Of a stretch of DNA of 64,000 nt, positions 50,830-62,730 are shown piece after piece. The stretch is from Convolutriloba macropyga (taxonomy: Eukaryota): assembly GCF_964194025.1 (NCBI RefSeq), contig NC_134468.1, positions 47,616,001 through 47,680,000 of the forward strand, read 5' to 3'. Numbering within the stretch: position 1 is the stretch's first letter; each line of letters begins with the position of its first letter. Both the position numbers and the translations under genes were made by a program. The notes beneath the pieces are model-generated. The model was not told the origin of the DNA. It searched no databases and saw only the letters and a program-made list of their open reading frames with translations.

Positions 50830-53800
50830 CTCTTGGGTTTCCACCCAATTTACAGTTCAGATCAGTTTTATCCTCTTTAGTATGTTGCAGTTTCCACATC
50901 TGCAAATCAATCTCCAAGTGCATTTGTTCTCTTCCACATAATGATTTGTGAAAAAATTCCAGTATAATTTCTTTAAAGTAATTTTGTTTAGGGTCTTTCG
51001 ATAATCATTAGTAACTCTAGAAACGTAGCTGAAGAGCAATTTCGATCTTCTAAAAACTTTTTTGTTAGTTATGTTAATTCTCGCTTTTGTGATTCGATAT
51101 TCACCCCGTTAAGTCTGACGTGTTGTTTCTACTGCTTCTTTAAAATTGCTAATAAATTCATCATAATCCCCTCGAACGATGGATAATAGAAGCAAAAGAT
51201 CGTGCATTTTTACATAGAGACTCAGTGGTAACATATTTAAGGTCACTAAGCAATTCCGGTAGTTCTGATTTGAGTTGAGTATCCATTTTGTTGCATGGTG
51301 TCGTACTTTTTCAAGTGTATGCATTTAGTTTCAATTTCCAGTCACATGAGCTTGACAAATTACGTTTTTCTGATAGAGTGCTCTCACTGCTTTCCTAGAC
51401 CCACTAAGCCAATTATCTTTCCAATTTAAGTTTTGCTGTATAATGAGTCCCAAATCACGTTGAGACTTGACTGATTCCAGATCTTTCTTCCCAATTTTTG
51501 CCTTGATGCCCTTATTTTAAGTTAAGTATATGAATTTTCTTTGTATTTAGATTCATATGCTTCCAGTCACATGAATAGTAGTAGTAGTAGAAGAAATGGA
51601 GTTAGAAGTAGTACTAAAAGAAGTGGAACTAGTAGGAGAAATGGAGGTGGTCCATGAATTGACCTTTGGGGTACAACGCTTGTGACATTTTGGAGGGAAG
51701 ATTTTTTACCTTTTATTTGAACAAATTGCTTTCTGTTTGAGAGAAGCGACTTGATTAGACCCCATATGCTTCCACCAATTCCAAGAAATTTCATTTTTTC
51801 AAGTAAGATGAAATGCAAAACAGTGTCAAAGGCTTAGGCGAAATCAGTACACTTAATCTTCTAGTTGCTTCAAGATCTTTGTATTCAAAAATTTGATCTG
51901 GAAAACTGATTAAATGAAGTGTGGCAGATCGTCGCTTCCTAAAAGCGTACTGACTTGGGTGCAATTTTCTTTCAAGAATTTAGTAAATGTTGTCAAAAAT
52001 TAGATTTTCAAAAAATTCTGAGGAACAGCAAAAAAGAATTATTGGCCGATAACATGTCACATCAGCTTTACTACCTTATTTAAAATTTGGCGTATTCTGG
52101 CTGATTTTCCAATATGTAGGAAACCACTGTTTGTTAATGCATGTCTGGAAGAGTAATTTCATTGATTTACATAAAGTTTTGTGGCATTTCTTTAAAATGA
52201 GGTTCCCAATTCGATCCGTTCCGGTGGACTTGTCTGGATTTAGATCACATAAAATATCGCTGATTTGCTTTCCGCTACATGTCAGTTTAATTAAACTTTC
52301 ATTAGTATTCGTAGTTGTTACTCTTTCCCACAAGCTAAATACTGAAATCAAATACCGATTGAATAGTTCTGCCTTTTCCTTGTCAACGAACGTCTCCTCA
52401 TTATTTAATTTCACTGTTGGTGGTATGAAGGCAGCCTTCCGAAGCCATGTACTTCAGATACTTTTGAATCTTACTAAAATTTCTCTCTTCAAAAACCGAT
52501 TTTTTTTTAGAAATCTCGTAAGTCATATTTACTCGACAGTTTGATTTGGTTTTCAAGCCTTTTCAAATTAATCAATTTGCTTAGAGAGCTTTTAGTTTGC
52601 TTTTTGAGTGTATTCAGTCATTTGATTTAATTTGATGTAAGACTTGAAATCCATGGAGCCAGATTAGTTTGGTTATCCTCGGAAAATCTTTGTCAATTTT
52701 TTCCATAACCATTTATACCATTGGAGCAATAGTTCGTCAGCATTACTCTAGCAACAAGTTAAAAACGGTTCTTGTTCAATGCTTTCAATTAATTTCTCCC
52801 AATTTGTTCTTTTGAAGGCATACATTGTAGATATTGCTATGGAAAACTTTTCAATTTTGAACGATTCAATTATCGTTTCGATCGGCTTGTGGTCAAAAAA
52901 TTGTTTTCTGTTCTGGAAAAGATCTATCAACAATTTTTCTGGACAATCACATTGTATTAACACTTCAGGATTCTTACAAAGGACTACATCAATTTAGTCG
53001 TTAGAAAAATTGCTGAAATTGAGGTCAATTGGTGTTCCTAATAGCTCTTTTTCGTGTTCAATTTTTGATGAAGTAGAGCGCCAATTTCTTTGTGAGAAAT
53101 TTAGGTCATCCATTATTATCACTCTATCACTATGGTTTTCACAACTGCTGAATCATGAACTAAATCAACGAGCTGCTGCATTTCCTTTAATTTACATTGA
53201 TAGGGGCTAGAGTAGGGTGCATTGTATATATTGCAAAAAAAAAGATATCAGAACCCATCATTGTCCAAATTTTATTTTAATGAAGTCCAGTTTTGCAATT
53301 CCTAACTGCATATATTGGTGAGGAATGTTCATTTCGACGGCGATGAGAACACTACCAAGTTTGGTCTTGCGGTCTTCAGAAATTTGTCTATCGTTTCTGT
53401 AGATGGTGTTTTTATCAAGAAAAAAAGCTGACAACGGATTATCTTGTGTTAGTCAAGTGTCAGTTATACAGATGAAATCAAAATCATAAGTGTTAGGACT
53501 GTAAGCAAACTTGATTCTTCTCTGTGAATCAAGAAGACTTCTAGCATTGAAAATTAAGATTGACATTTTTGGTCGTCAAAATCCGTTTAGATCATCTTCT
53601 GAGCTGCTTGAATCATTCTAATTTTCATAAACGGAACTTTTTTGAAGGGTACCCATTTTTTGATTTCAAACTCTCCCAGAGTAAGACTACGAAATCTTAT
53701 CTCTTTGGAGGTTAGTTTGTTTTCAGAGCTCTACATTAAATTCGCTTTTTGAGACTTTCATTTTGCATTTTTGCGTCCGTGCTATTGAGTTCTGGTCTTA

Positions 53801-54450
53801 TATAGAGTGCATTCTCGTACATTTGTTGTAGCCTTTCAACTTAAAGGCAGCTCGTAGGTTGAGATCACGGCTAATAGGATTTTCAGTAATAATTGAGAAA
53901 GTTAGCGGAAAAGTTTCGTTACGATCGTACTTTCCAAGCCTTTGTGCTTCGACAAGTTTTCTGTCCCCTATGTTCAAAAATTCGATAAGAGCCTCAACCT
54001 CAGCAATGTCGACGTTTACCCTGTCATCAGCGGAGTTAGTTTCTGAAATTTGTCCGGGGATACCTCTAATACATATTCGCAATGCAAATTTCTCAGGAAC
54101 TGACACCCAATTTCCAGGTTTCACCGCACCAACGATTGTTTGTAAGTTTTTGTGTCTTCTTTTCCGATCTCTCTTCGGTTTGTAAATTTTTCATAATATT
54201 ATTTGATTTTTCAATTTTCTCAGCAACTGATTTCATTTGCTCTTGAGGTTTTTTTGATTCATCATTGGTTTTTTCCTGAATTGAATTTAGTTTTTTTCTC
54301 GTTCAGGCTTTCATTTTTCCATTCTATTTTGTCTAAAAAATCTTGCCTTTTCGTTTTACAATTGTTCAAGATGTGAATGAGATTATCCTTGAGTTTACTA
54401 GAACATCAATACTGTTCTTATGGAACTCTTATGGTACAGCTAGCAGTTAA
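50830..54450 (-). mobile_element. Decayed near full-length CR1/L2-like LINE (ORF1 + APE-RT ORF2)
   Basis: ORF1-like LRICIRGIPG..AQRLGKY (53798-54124). ORF2 MSILIFNARSL (~53565), IYRNDR, KSTGTDRIGNLILK..FPTYWK, AFDTVLH..LLEKM, VPQRSIHGP, QRDLGLI, LEKVRHHATKWIL. Confidence 0.85.
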
Positions 54451-55070
54451 GTGAAGCGTCTTGTTACAGATACAGCAGACAAATTTGCTGTCTGTTTTTA
54501 TTCGCGGCCGGTACCTGGCACAACTGTCTCTAGTAATTTCAGTTTTAACCTGAGTTTAGTTGTGGCTACTTGAACATATAATGAGATTGGAGGAAAAAAA
54601 TTATGAAATATTGGCCTTCGAACTGCTTTTAAATGCCCAAATTATACCGACATGCGGCCCCGTATTGAGCTGAAAATAATTTGTGTTACGTGAAACCAAT
54701 CTGTGGTTTTGTAGCAAATACAAGAACTACTACTACTGAATTAATTGTTGAAGCAGCCACAAGAACACCTCCCAGAGCACTCCTTTTCAGCAAGATGAAC
54801 ACGTCGATCGATTGATACCGAGAAATAGTTATGCAAAATTTTGTTTTTCATGACTGAACAGAAACTTCCCAATGACTCCTTCGCGATATGGATCGAGTTG
54901 TCTATCAAATGATACTCGCAATAAATTTTGTGACAAACTCCTCTGTATTGTAACTCAGTGCCTCTTTCTTTCCAATGAACTCGTTTGTTGGCCTTACTCG
55001 CCGCTTGTTATGAGTGGAATCTCCGCGGACTGAGATGTCAATGATCTAAGCGTGTTTACAGAGACTCTTC

Positions 55071-55232
55071 GGATCTTTTCCGTTTGTGCGCCCCCCAGCT
55101 TAGTGGGCGCATATTATTTGCACCCCCCAGACGCACGTGCAATATTTTTACATAGTGATTTACTATGTAATGCCACGTGCTCTGTAACTGGGGGGCGCAT
55201 AACGTACTGGGGGGTACAAACGGAAAAGATCC
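55071..55232. mobile_element. 162-bp palindromic MITE with an 8-bp target-site duplication
   Basis: TIR ggatcttttccgtttgt / acaaacggaaaagatcc. GACTCTTC is duplicated at 55063-55070 and 55233-55240. Confidence 0.92.
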
Positions 55233-55659
55233 GACTCTTCAAACTAGTTGCTCAGGTGATGAGTAAATCAGCAACTTCGGGTTGTTTATATAAAAGTTCT
55301 ACTCCGTTGAAAAGATCGTTGCCAACAATGAATAACGCTATTAAGTCCTATTTTTTCTTTGGAGGCAAGAACTTGTCAACGTGTTCGGTCCGAGCCCCAG
55401 GCAACGAAAAAATGTTTATGTTGGGGAATCGTAAATCATGGCCTGTGAATCTGCAATGAGGAGGTTCTTTGAGGAAGATGACTTGAATCTGTGGTATCTC
55501 ATGGGTGTGAGGGCTTCACCCGTCTAAGCTAGGGACAGATGGGGCTTTTGGAGAAGTCAGATACCAGTGAAACCTATCTGAAGCTTCGTATGGTTTGACA
55601 AGTAATAAATAGTTTCAGTGTACCCTAGCTCAAGTGATCTATTTAATAAGTTTATCATT

Positions 55660-55945
55660 AAACTTTGGCTCCCAGTCGTTTGTCTGCTGTCTCGGGTGGT
55701 AACCCTTGAATTGCTGCAGCGGAAGACGAGGAGAGAAAGAATGACAAGTATAACGGTCTTGTTGAAAAAGGTTATTTGTTTCAGCCTTTAGCGTTTGAAT
55801 TTCAAGCGTACACAGAGGAGTTTTTGAAAGACCTTTGTAAATCCCTCTGTATTATGAATAATGAGCCTAGAGTTGGCAGTTTTTGGAACAGAATCTCCCT
55901 TGCTATCCAAATAGCTAATGCTGCTTGTATTGGGAACTGTTAACT
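55660..55945 (+). mobile_element. 3' restriction-like endonuclease fragment of a second CRE-like family
   Basis: TLAPS..AAAEDEERKNDKYNGLVEKGYLFQPLAFE...RISLAIQIANAACI. Confidence 0.7.
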
Positions 55946-56279
55946 ACAAAACCACATTTGACGAGATTTTTTATTTGTAATGTTTTTCGGAAAATGTGTC
56001 AGCTTCTGCTCGTAGCGCAGCTGTTTTTTTGGCTTTTCTCCTGTCACTCAATGTCATTGTTATCGTTGAATTCCTTCTCTGTTGTTGAATTCCTTCTTTT
56101 GAATTGTTGAGCATGCCGGGTTTTTATGATAACAGGTCCTTTTGACTGACTGGAGTGCCTGGGGCTCCTAATGATAATTTCTAGACAGTCTGATTTTAAA
56201 AAAGTTGAATTCGAACTTTGACTTCGGGAAAAGTTAATCTTAATACTAATCATTTGGGCATGAGGGTTTTTTCAGTGAT

Positions 56280-56456
56280 ATGGCCTCATTGGATTTCGAT
56301 GTCACTGGTGATGACATCACAGAGAAGTTTTTGCAGTCATGTCGAGTGATCGAATTGGGCGAGCTGGTGCATTGTCCGAACTTCACTTTATTCGAAGCTA
56401 TGTCTGGCATAGAGCTAATGGATTCAAAAATGGATTCTGGTCTTCTTGCAAATAAA
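56280..56456 (+). CDS. NAA35: N-alpha-acetyltransferase 35 (NatC auxiliary subunit, MAK10), coding exon 1
   Basis: DITEKFLQSCRVIELGELVHCPNFTLFEAMSGIELMDSKMDSG matches the Mak10 N-terminus. GT donor at 56457, phase 0. Confidence 0.92.
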
Positions 56457-56523
56457 GTATTAGTTTAGAGATGAGATTTTGCTTCTTTGGCTTGGTATAT
56501 TTACACTTTTAAACTCTTTTCAG

Positions 56524-56847
56524 AATGATAAACCAGAGTTGTTGAATTGGGACGATATCAACACTTCTGATGTCGGCAACGCTGTAATTGTGGAAATAGT
56601 TGATTCTGTGCTGCGGTCTATTGTATCTTTTCTAGAAGGGAGCTCTCTAGCGCAAACGGTCTTCACCTGCCTCTATCTACATGATCCCATCAAGATACAG
56701 CATTTACGTCTCCGGATGTGCTGCTTAGCTCTCCTCAGAATTCTTGACAAATGCTTTGGTATTTTAAACACTGCCGCTGTTTTTGAAGAGGAAGATGTTT
56801 ATCTGATGACGTATGGGTTCAGTTTTGCGTCTGGGACTAATGAAAAA
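56524..56847 (+). CDS. NAA35: NAA35/MAK10 coding exon 2
   Basis: TTTTCAG acceptor ends at 56523. SFLEGSSLAQTVFTCLYLH..AAVFEEEDV. GTAAGT donor at 56848. Confidence 0.92.
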
Positions 56848-56980
56848 GTAAGTTTTTAAAAATAATTGCACAAGCGAATTTATAATTCCGCATATAATAT
56901 ATCCTAATAATCTGACTGGATGTGGCAAAGTCATCTATGAAGTCTATCGGTTCGCCTGTTTCTGCTCCATCAATCGTAAT

Positions 56981-57278
56981 GGTCCTAGGAAATTGGGTCG
57001 AAAGGAAAATTAGCCGAATGGAATATTAGCCGAAAAGGAGACATTAAGTGAGAACGGACGTCATATTTTGTTCGGTTGCGATAGATTCAAATCAAGTCCC
57101 ATAGGGCACTGAGGCATGGGCGTGGCCCTCGAGGCAAGACAAATGTGATAATTTCACGTGTAAGCGAGTCAGATAATTGCTCTTCCCACTTATGTTTGCA
57201 TGCAGCAACTATTTCTGCTGCTTTGCCAAATTTTGACTTCTTCGGCTAATATTAACGTCGGCTAGTTTTCCGGACACC
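56981..57278. mobile_element. Degenerate MITE in the NAA35 intron
   Basis: Subterminal (a/t)attagccgaa repeats on the left are mirrored by ttcggctaat on the right. GG..CC termini are flanked by AAT on both sides. Confidence 0.55.
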
Positions 57279-57432
57279 AATTGTAACACCTTTTTGCTGG
57301 CTTTTATTTCGGATTTAGCTGCTTTTTGAAATTTTTAAGTAGTCGCCTGTAAACCGAAATTTTGGCTTAGAAGGTTTTCACCGAAACTTTTGAGGTGAAA
57401 TTTTCAGTGCGGGGGGGGGGGGGTTTCTTAAT

Positions 57433-57662
57433 CTTAATGTTTGAACACCTCCGTCAGCCTACCTCCCTCATTCATCCCTTCCCCCCGCACCCCACTCCCC
57501 CCCCGCGCCCCGCACCCCACTTCCCCCGTCCTCCCATCAATTGACTCCCACCCACTCCGCTCATCCCCAACTAATGCTAGCATCCCTAAGCCCAAGCTGG
57601 ATACTACCGCAGCCAACCACTTGCCGGAGTTATTCGCCTGACGTTAGTCGGTCATGTTTTTA
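57433..57662 (-). repeat. Dispersed G-rich repeat related to 15113-15378
   Basis: The reverse complement begins aaaacatgaccgactaacgtcaggcgaa, followed by a G-rich tract. Confidence 0.6.
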
Positions 57663-59119
57663 GATTTATTAGTAGCCTTCGTCAGCCTCTCAACGGCTAT
57701 TATTTAGGCGCTATCCTTTTTTAATTCGCTTTCTCTTTTGACCAAGTTTTTCGTTTTATATAAGGCACGATTTTCACTTTTGACTCGTGACTTAGAAAAT
57801 TTGGTCAATTTCGAGCTCTTATTTTTTCTGTTTGAATCCTAATGTGCGTCTATCGCGTCAACGCCGGCTATTTTTAACCGGTAAAAGTCACTGAAACAGG
57901 ACGTTTAAGTCAATGCAACCCATGAAAACAAGTGTTTGGACAATCTGCTGAGCAAAAGTCAAGAGCAGAGAGAAGAGTGGTTTTCGTGCATACATTAATG
58001 CGAGTAAAAGGGAGGAAATTTATGAATAAAACATTTTTCTGAGCGAGCAAGATTTCTGTTAGCGTGCGGCTATTTCAAAGCAGTTTTAATGTTTAACTCT
58101 AATATTTAGCTTTGAAAATGTCCTCTCAATTGTAAACAAGTATATTATAAACTTGTATGCATTTTTGCGAAATTTGGAGCTGTTCGTGTCATTTTGCCAT
58201 TTTTGGTGCGTTTTTGGTTATCTTCTGATTTCAATTTTGTGTTAGTTATGATAGGGAAAAATTAAATGAAGCCAAATTTGGTGGTCAAATTAAATGAAGC
58301 CAAATTTAGCCGAAGTTTTCTGCTCATTTTTGTTTTATGTGTTTTTCGTAATGTTTTCTACAATTGTCTTCTTTTACCATTTTAGTAAGAGCAATACGTT
58401 ACTGCATAGGAAAAGATAATTAAATAATTTCGAAATTTGACTATCAATTTTTTTTACTATCAGTTTTTTTCGTCTTTCTGTGAAAGTTAGTTTTGCCTGC
58501 TAAATACAAATAGGAAAGAAAAAATGACAAAAAAGCAATTAAAAATTAATAAAGCAATGAATAAGAATAAGCTAATTAAAAACACAAATTTTGAGAGAAA
58601 TAAAATAAGGGAAACGTTGTGTTGTTAAAGATATCATGCCTCATGTAAACAATTTTCTTGAAATACCCGCCGAAAATTTTTCATCTGCTTGGCAATCGCC
58701 AACCGCAAAATTTTGCTAAACAAATGCTAATTTTCAAACGATTACACGTGGATTACGAATGGAAAATTTAAAATATCGGAGTAGAGGGTCGGAACACATA
58801 GGTTCTCTTCATTTTAAAAAATGGAACCAGTGTTTCTTTTTTTGGAATCGAACTTCATAATTGGAATAAGGTTTTCACGAAAAACGAGACGGAAAGCTTG
58901 TTTGAATAACAGTAAATGTGAAGTTCTTCTCAAAAGTGTATATGGTAGTCTGAGAATCGGACCTAGTAAACAGCTTTCTGATGCTCGAATGCCGAGAAGG
59001 GAACAAAAAGTAGAAAAAACAGCGAAATTTTTTATGCATCTAATTTTCAATTGACTATGGTTAATGTGTACTTAATTCTTTGTGTTCTGAGCTAAGAACA
59101 ATTCCTTAGTTATTATTCG

Positions 59120-59522
59120 CTCTTGAACGAAGTTCATAGCAATTATTGTAAACGGGTTTCTCTTTTTAATGCAAAATTTTCGCTTGACAATTTTGACTTT
59201 TCGATTGACTTTTACGCCATTGACTTTTGGCGTTTCGCGTGGTCTAAAATTCTCTCAATCACAGTTTCAAGCAGCTGAATTCATTTGGCGGCAATTTAAT
59301 AGTAAAAGCCAAATGAAAAGTGCGCCGAAACTGGTGTCATTTTTTACTTTAAATCTTAATAGTGGTATATGTTAACCTCTAATGTGGTTATGTGAAGCCC
59401 ACTATTGAACTTCTTAGTCCCATTTAGGCCCCCCCCCCCCGACTGAAGCAGGCTGCAATTGATTAGAGCTCCCACTGGTCGTTCGAGAGCAATTCTTCTG
59501 ACGTTTAGTCGGTTATGTTTTC
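59120..59522 (-). repeat. ~400-bp dispersed repeat, copy 1
   Basis: Highly similar to 62310-62730 (ORFs 59169 and 62308 nearly match). Carries the aaaacataaccgact head. Confidence 0.85.
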
Positions 59523-60947
59523 TATATTTTTGTTGCCTTGTTCTAGAGAATTAATTTCCTTTTTCTATTTTAGTTTCGAATTTAATTGCCTTGTTCTAGT
59601 CGAAATTGATGCTTGAATGTCGAGAGGAAACAAAAAGTAGAAAAGTTTGAAGTTCTAAACGTCTAATTTTACTGAAGATAATGAGTTCAAATTTGGAAAA
59701 TGGGAGTTCTATAGAATTAAATACAATTAGATTCTATCTCCGATGTATTATTGTTTTCCGGGAACTTTTGAGGGCTTTTGTGCTATCTTTCGTTAACCCA
59801 ATTAGTGAACCTTTGCTAGGTTTCGTTAAGGCCAGTAAGAGAACCTGCTCTTGTACGTCGTACAAAGTGTTTCATTCACAACTTAGTTACCCAGAAAGAA
59901 AGTTGTTGAGAATATGAAAAAATAATTCTATTTTCATCAAATAAAATTTACCAATTAAGATGATTTACAGAAACAAGAAAATTAAGCAAGTAATATACTG
60001 CTCAAAGAGTTGTGCTTCATTACGTAGTGTATGTCAGTATAAGATGTCAAGAATTGCAGATTGCAACTGATTTATTCAAGCTCGATTTATACTTATAGTC
60101 TCGTGTGTTTACCTGTTGTAAATGCATCTGTTACTGACTGTAGATAACGATGTTGACAGAATGTGATTAGGTTCCCAAAACTGTTTCAATGTAAATTTGA
60201 TATCAGTGAAGTTTATTAGCCACAGAGAACGATTTTTGAATATTCTGTACTAACAACTGGGCTCGTCGCAAATCAATAACAAATGTGATTTGAAGTCGTT
60301 AATTTTTTAAGTCTAACATACGTCGCACCATTGATTTGGTGAGAGTGGAGGTATTTTTAGTTGGAGTTTCACCCCCATGTATGGTATTCATCGACTAATA
60401 ATAGCAGACGAATCGTGAACAGATCCAAATGGCTTTGATTGACTCTTGCTCTGAATTTGGATTGACATGCTCTTCTAATTCTAATTCTTGATGTGCCTTT
60501 AAATGCGTTTGCTTTTTTGATCAGCTGTTTTCTAACAACTATCATCAAGCCATTCTAAAAATCAGAAATTGAAGAAAAATATAGTCACAGCTGCCTAGAA
60601 AATAAGGAGCAGGGAGAAATATTGAAAAATAATTAAAACTGGTCAAAATTTGGTCGAAAATCAATTCTCTGTCTTTATTATCAATTTGATACCGATCCAA
60701 TCAAAGGTAACTCAAGCCTCTGTGAAAAAAAAACAGACCAAAAATAGAGACCTTAGACTGTGAAAACACGTAAAAGAAAACGAAAATTGCTATAAAATTT
60801 GAAATGACAAAACGGCTCAAAATTGAATTCAGAGTGTTAAAACTAAGAAACTATTTTTAAGCACGTGAACAAAGGCAGTCACTTTCTTCTTCTCTCTCTC
60901 AGAAAAATCCGTGAATAAAATCATTCCAACATTCTCTGATCTTTTAT

Positions 60948-61053
60948 TAATAGCCGCCCTCATCTTCTCGGCCGGCTATTATTGCGCTCGTATTTTTTTT
61001 TAATAGCCGCCCTCATCTTCTCAGCCGGCTATTATTGCGCTCGTTTTTTTTTA
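60948..61053. repeat. Two tandem ~53-bp hairpin-plus-T-run units
   Basis: taatagccg-ccctcatcttctc(g/a)gc-cggctatta-ttgcgctcgt-T-run, present twice. Confidence 0.85.
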
Positions 61054-62309
61054 CTTCGTCAAAGTTTTTTTCGCTTTACCATTTTGCCGCTTTTTTGACA
61101 TTTTGCGTGAAATCTTTTTGACTTCTCTAGGCTAGTTTCTCTCTTCTCTCATTCTGCTAAAATTGAATTTGAACATCAGTTGCTAAGCAAAGCAATTCAA
61201 AATGAACAGAGTCGGTATAAAAAATTGAAGTCAGAAATAGAAACGGGATAAACCCATAAAGCCCAATTTTAGATGCCCGCTATTTGAACGTCGATCCTAT
61301 AAGTCTTAGTTACCACCTCTAATGCTTATTGGTGTTGATAGTAGCCCCTGTAGCCTCTCTCTAAGAAACAGAAGTATGTTCAACTACGAAATGCCATCAA
61401 AATAAATCGGACTTAAAAAATATTTTTGTACAAAAATCTTTTGTTTTCAATATATTGTATTCGTTCAATCCCAATCATGCATATTGGAATCAACGGCGGC
61501 TATTTTCCGGCAATCTGCCGGGTATGTTTCAAAAGATTGACCGAAACACTTGTTTTCTTGTGTGGCAATGACTTTTACATCGTGCGTGCTTGAGAGTTCA
61601 GTGATAAAGAAAATAAAGCCGGCAGAATTCCGGAGACGACTCGATTTTGTCTTCACCCAAAAATAATTTTGAAATAACTTGTTTGGTGAAGAACTCATCG
61701 GAGCTAAGAAAATATAAAACTATTCTGTCAAAAACCGACGAAAAGTTATCCCTAAAGAAAATAATCGTGATAACATTTGTTATATGTAAAAAAATATAAT
61801 TTTTTAAATTTTGAAAAATTGCGGAAAAAAAACAAAAATGTACAATACAAAAACTTTTTTTCACTCAATCGAGACTATAAAATTTCTGATTCAGCAGTAG
61901 GTAAGCCCACAAGCCAAAAGTTTTCAAAAAGTGAAAAAACTATAATTAATAAATATTGTAACAACTTTCTCAAATCTCAGAAAAAATTCTTTTCTTTGAA
62001 AGACTCTGATGAAATTACAAACGAATGCAATGAAAAGAAAAAGTGCACCTCAATAGCGTCAAAATACGCAAAGTGGCTGAAAAACCTTAAATTTAGTTTG
62101 TTTTCAAAAGCCAATCAAAACAACGTGATCATTTAAAAATTTTGTCAATACCCTCTAATACATAAAGTTGAATCCGAAAAAAATTGAAAAAGCGGCACTG
62201 CTTAGGGAGAGTTTCGTGTGGCTTCATTTCTCGTTTTTTGTATGTGCAAGAATGTATGTACAGAATAACAATATTTCTACTTTGTTTAACTGAACGAATA
62301 TGTTTAATT

Positions 62310-62730
62310 GCTCTTGAGTGAAGTTCAAGGCAATTATTGTAACCGCGTCTTTTTTATGGCAAATTTCTGCTTGACAGTTTTGACTTTTCGAGTGCCTTTT
62401 ACGCCCTTGACTTCTTGCGTTTCGTGTGATCTAAAGTTCTCTCAATCACAATTTCAAGCAGCTGAATTCAATTGGCGGCAATTTAATACTAAAAGTCAAA
62501 TGAAAAGTGCGCCGAAACTGGTGCCATTTTTTACTTTAAATCTTAATAGTGGTATATGTTAACCTCTAATGTGGTTATGTGAAGCCCACTATTGAACTTC
62601 TTAGTCCCATTTAGGCTCCCCGTCCTCCCTCACTCCACCCCCTCCCCCCCGACTAGCAGGCTGCAATTGATTAGAACTCCCACTAGTCGTTCGAGAGCAG
62701 TGCTTCCGACGTTTTGTCGGTTTTGTTTTT
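62310..62730 (-). repeat. ~400-bp dispersed repeat, copy 2
   Basis: Same-orientation copy of 59120-59522. Confidence 0.85.

Noticed and set aside
60948-61053. Bacterial intrinsic terminator
   Set aside because: The context is eukaryotic and likely intronic, with no upstream bacterial-type gene.
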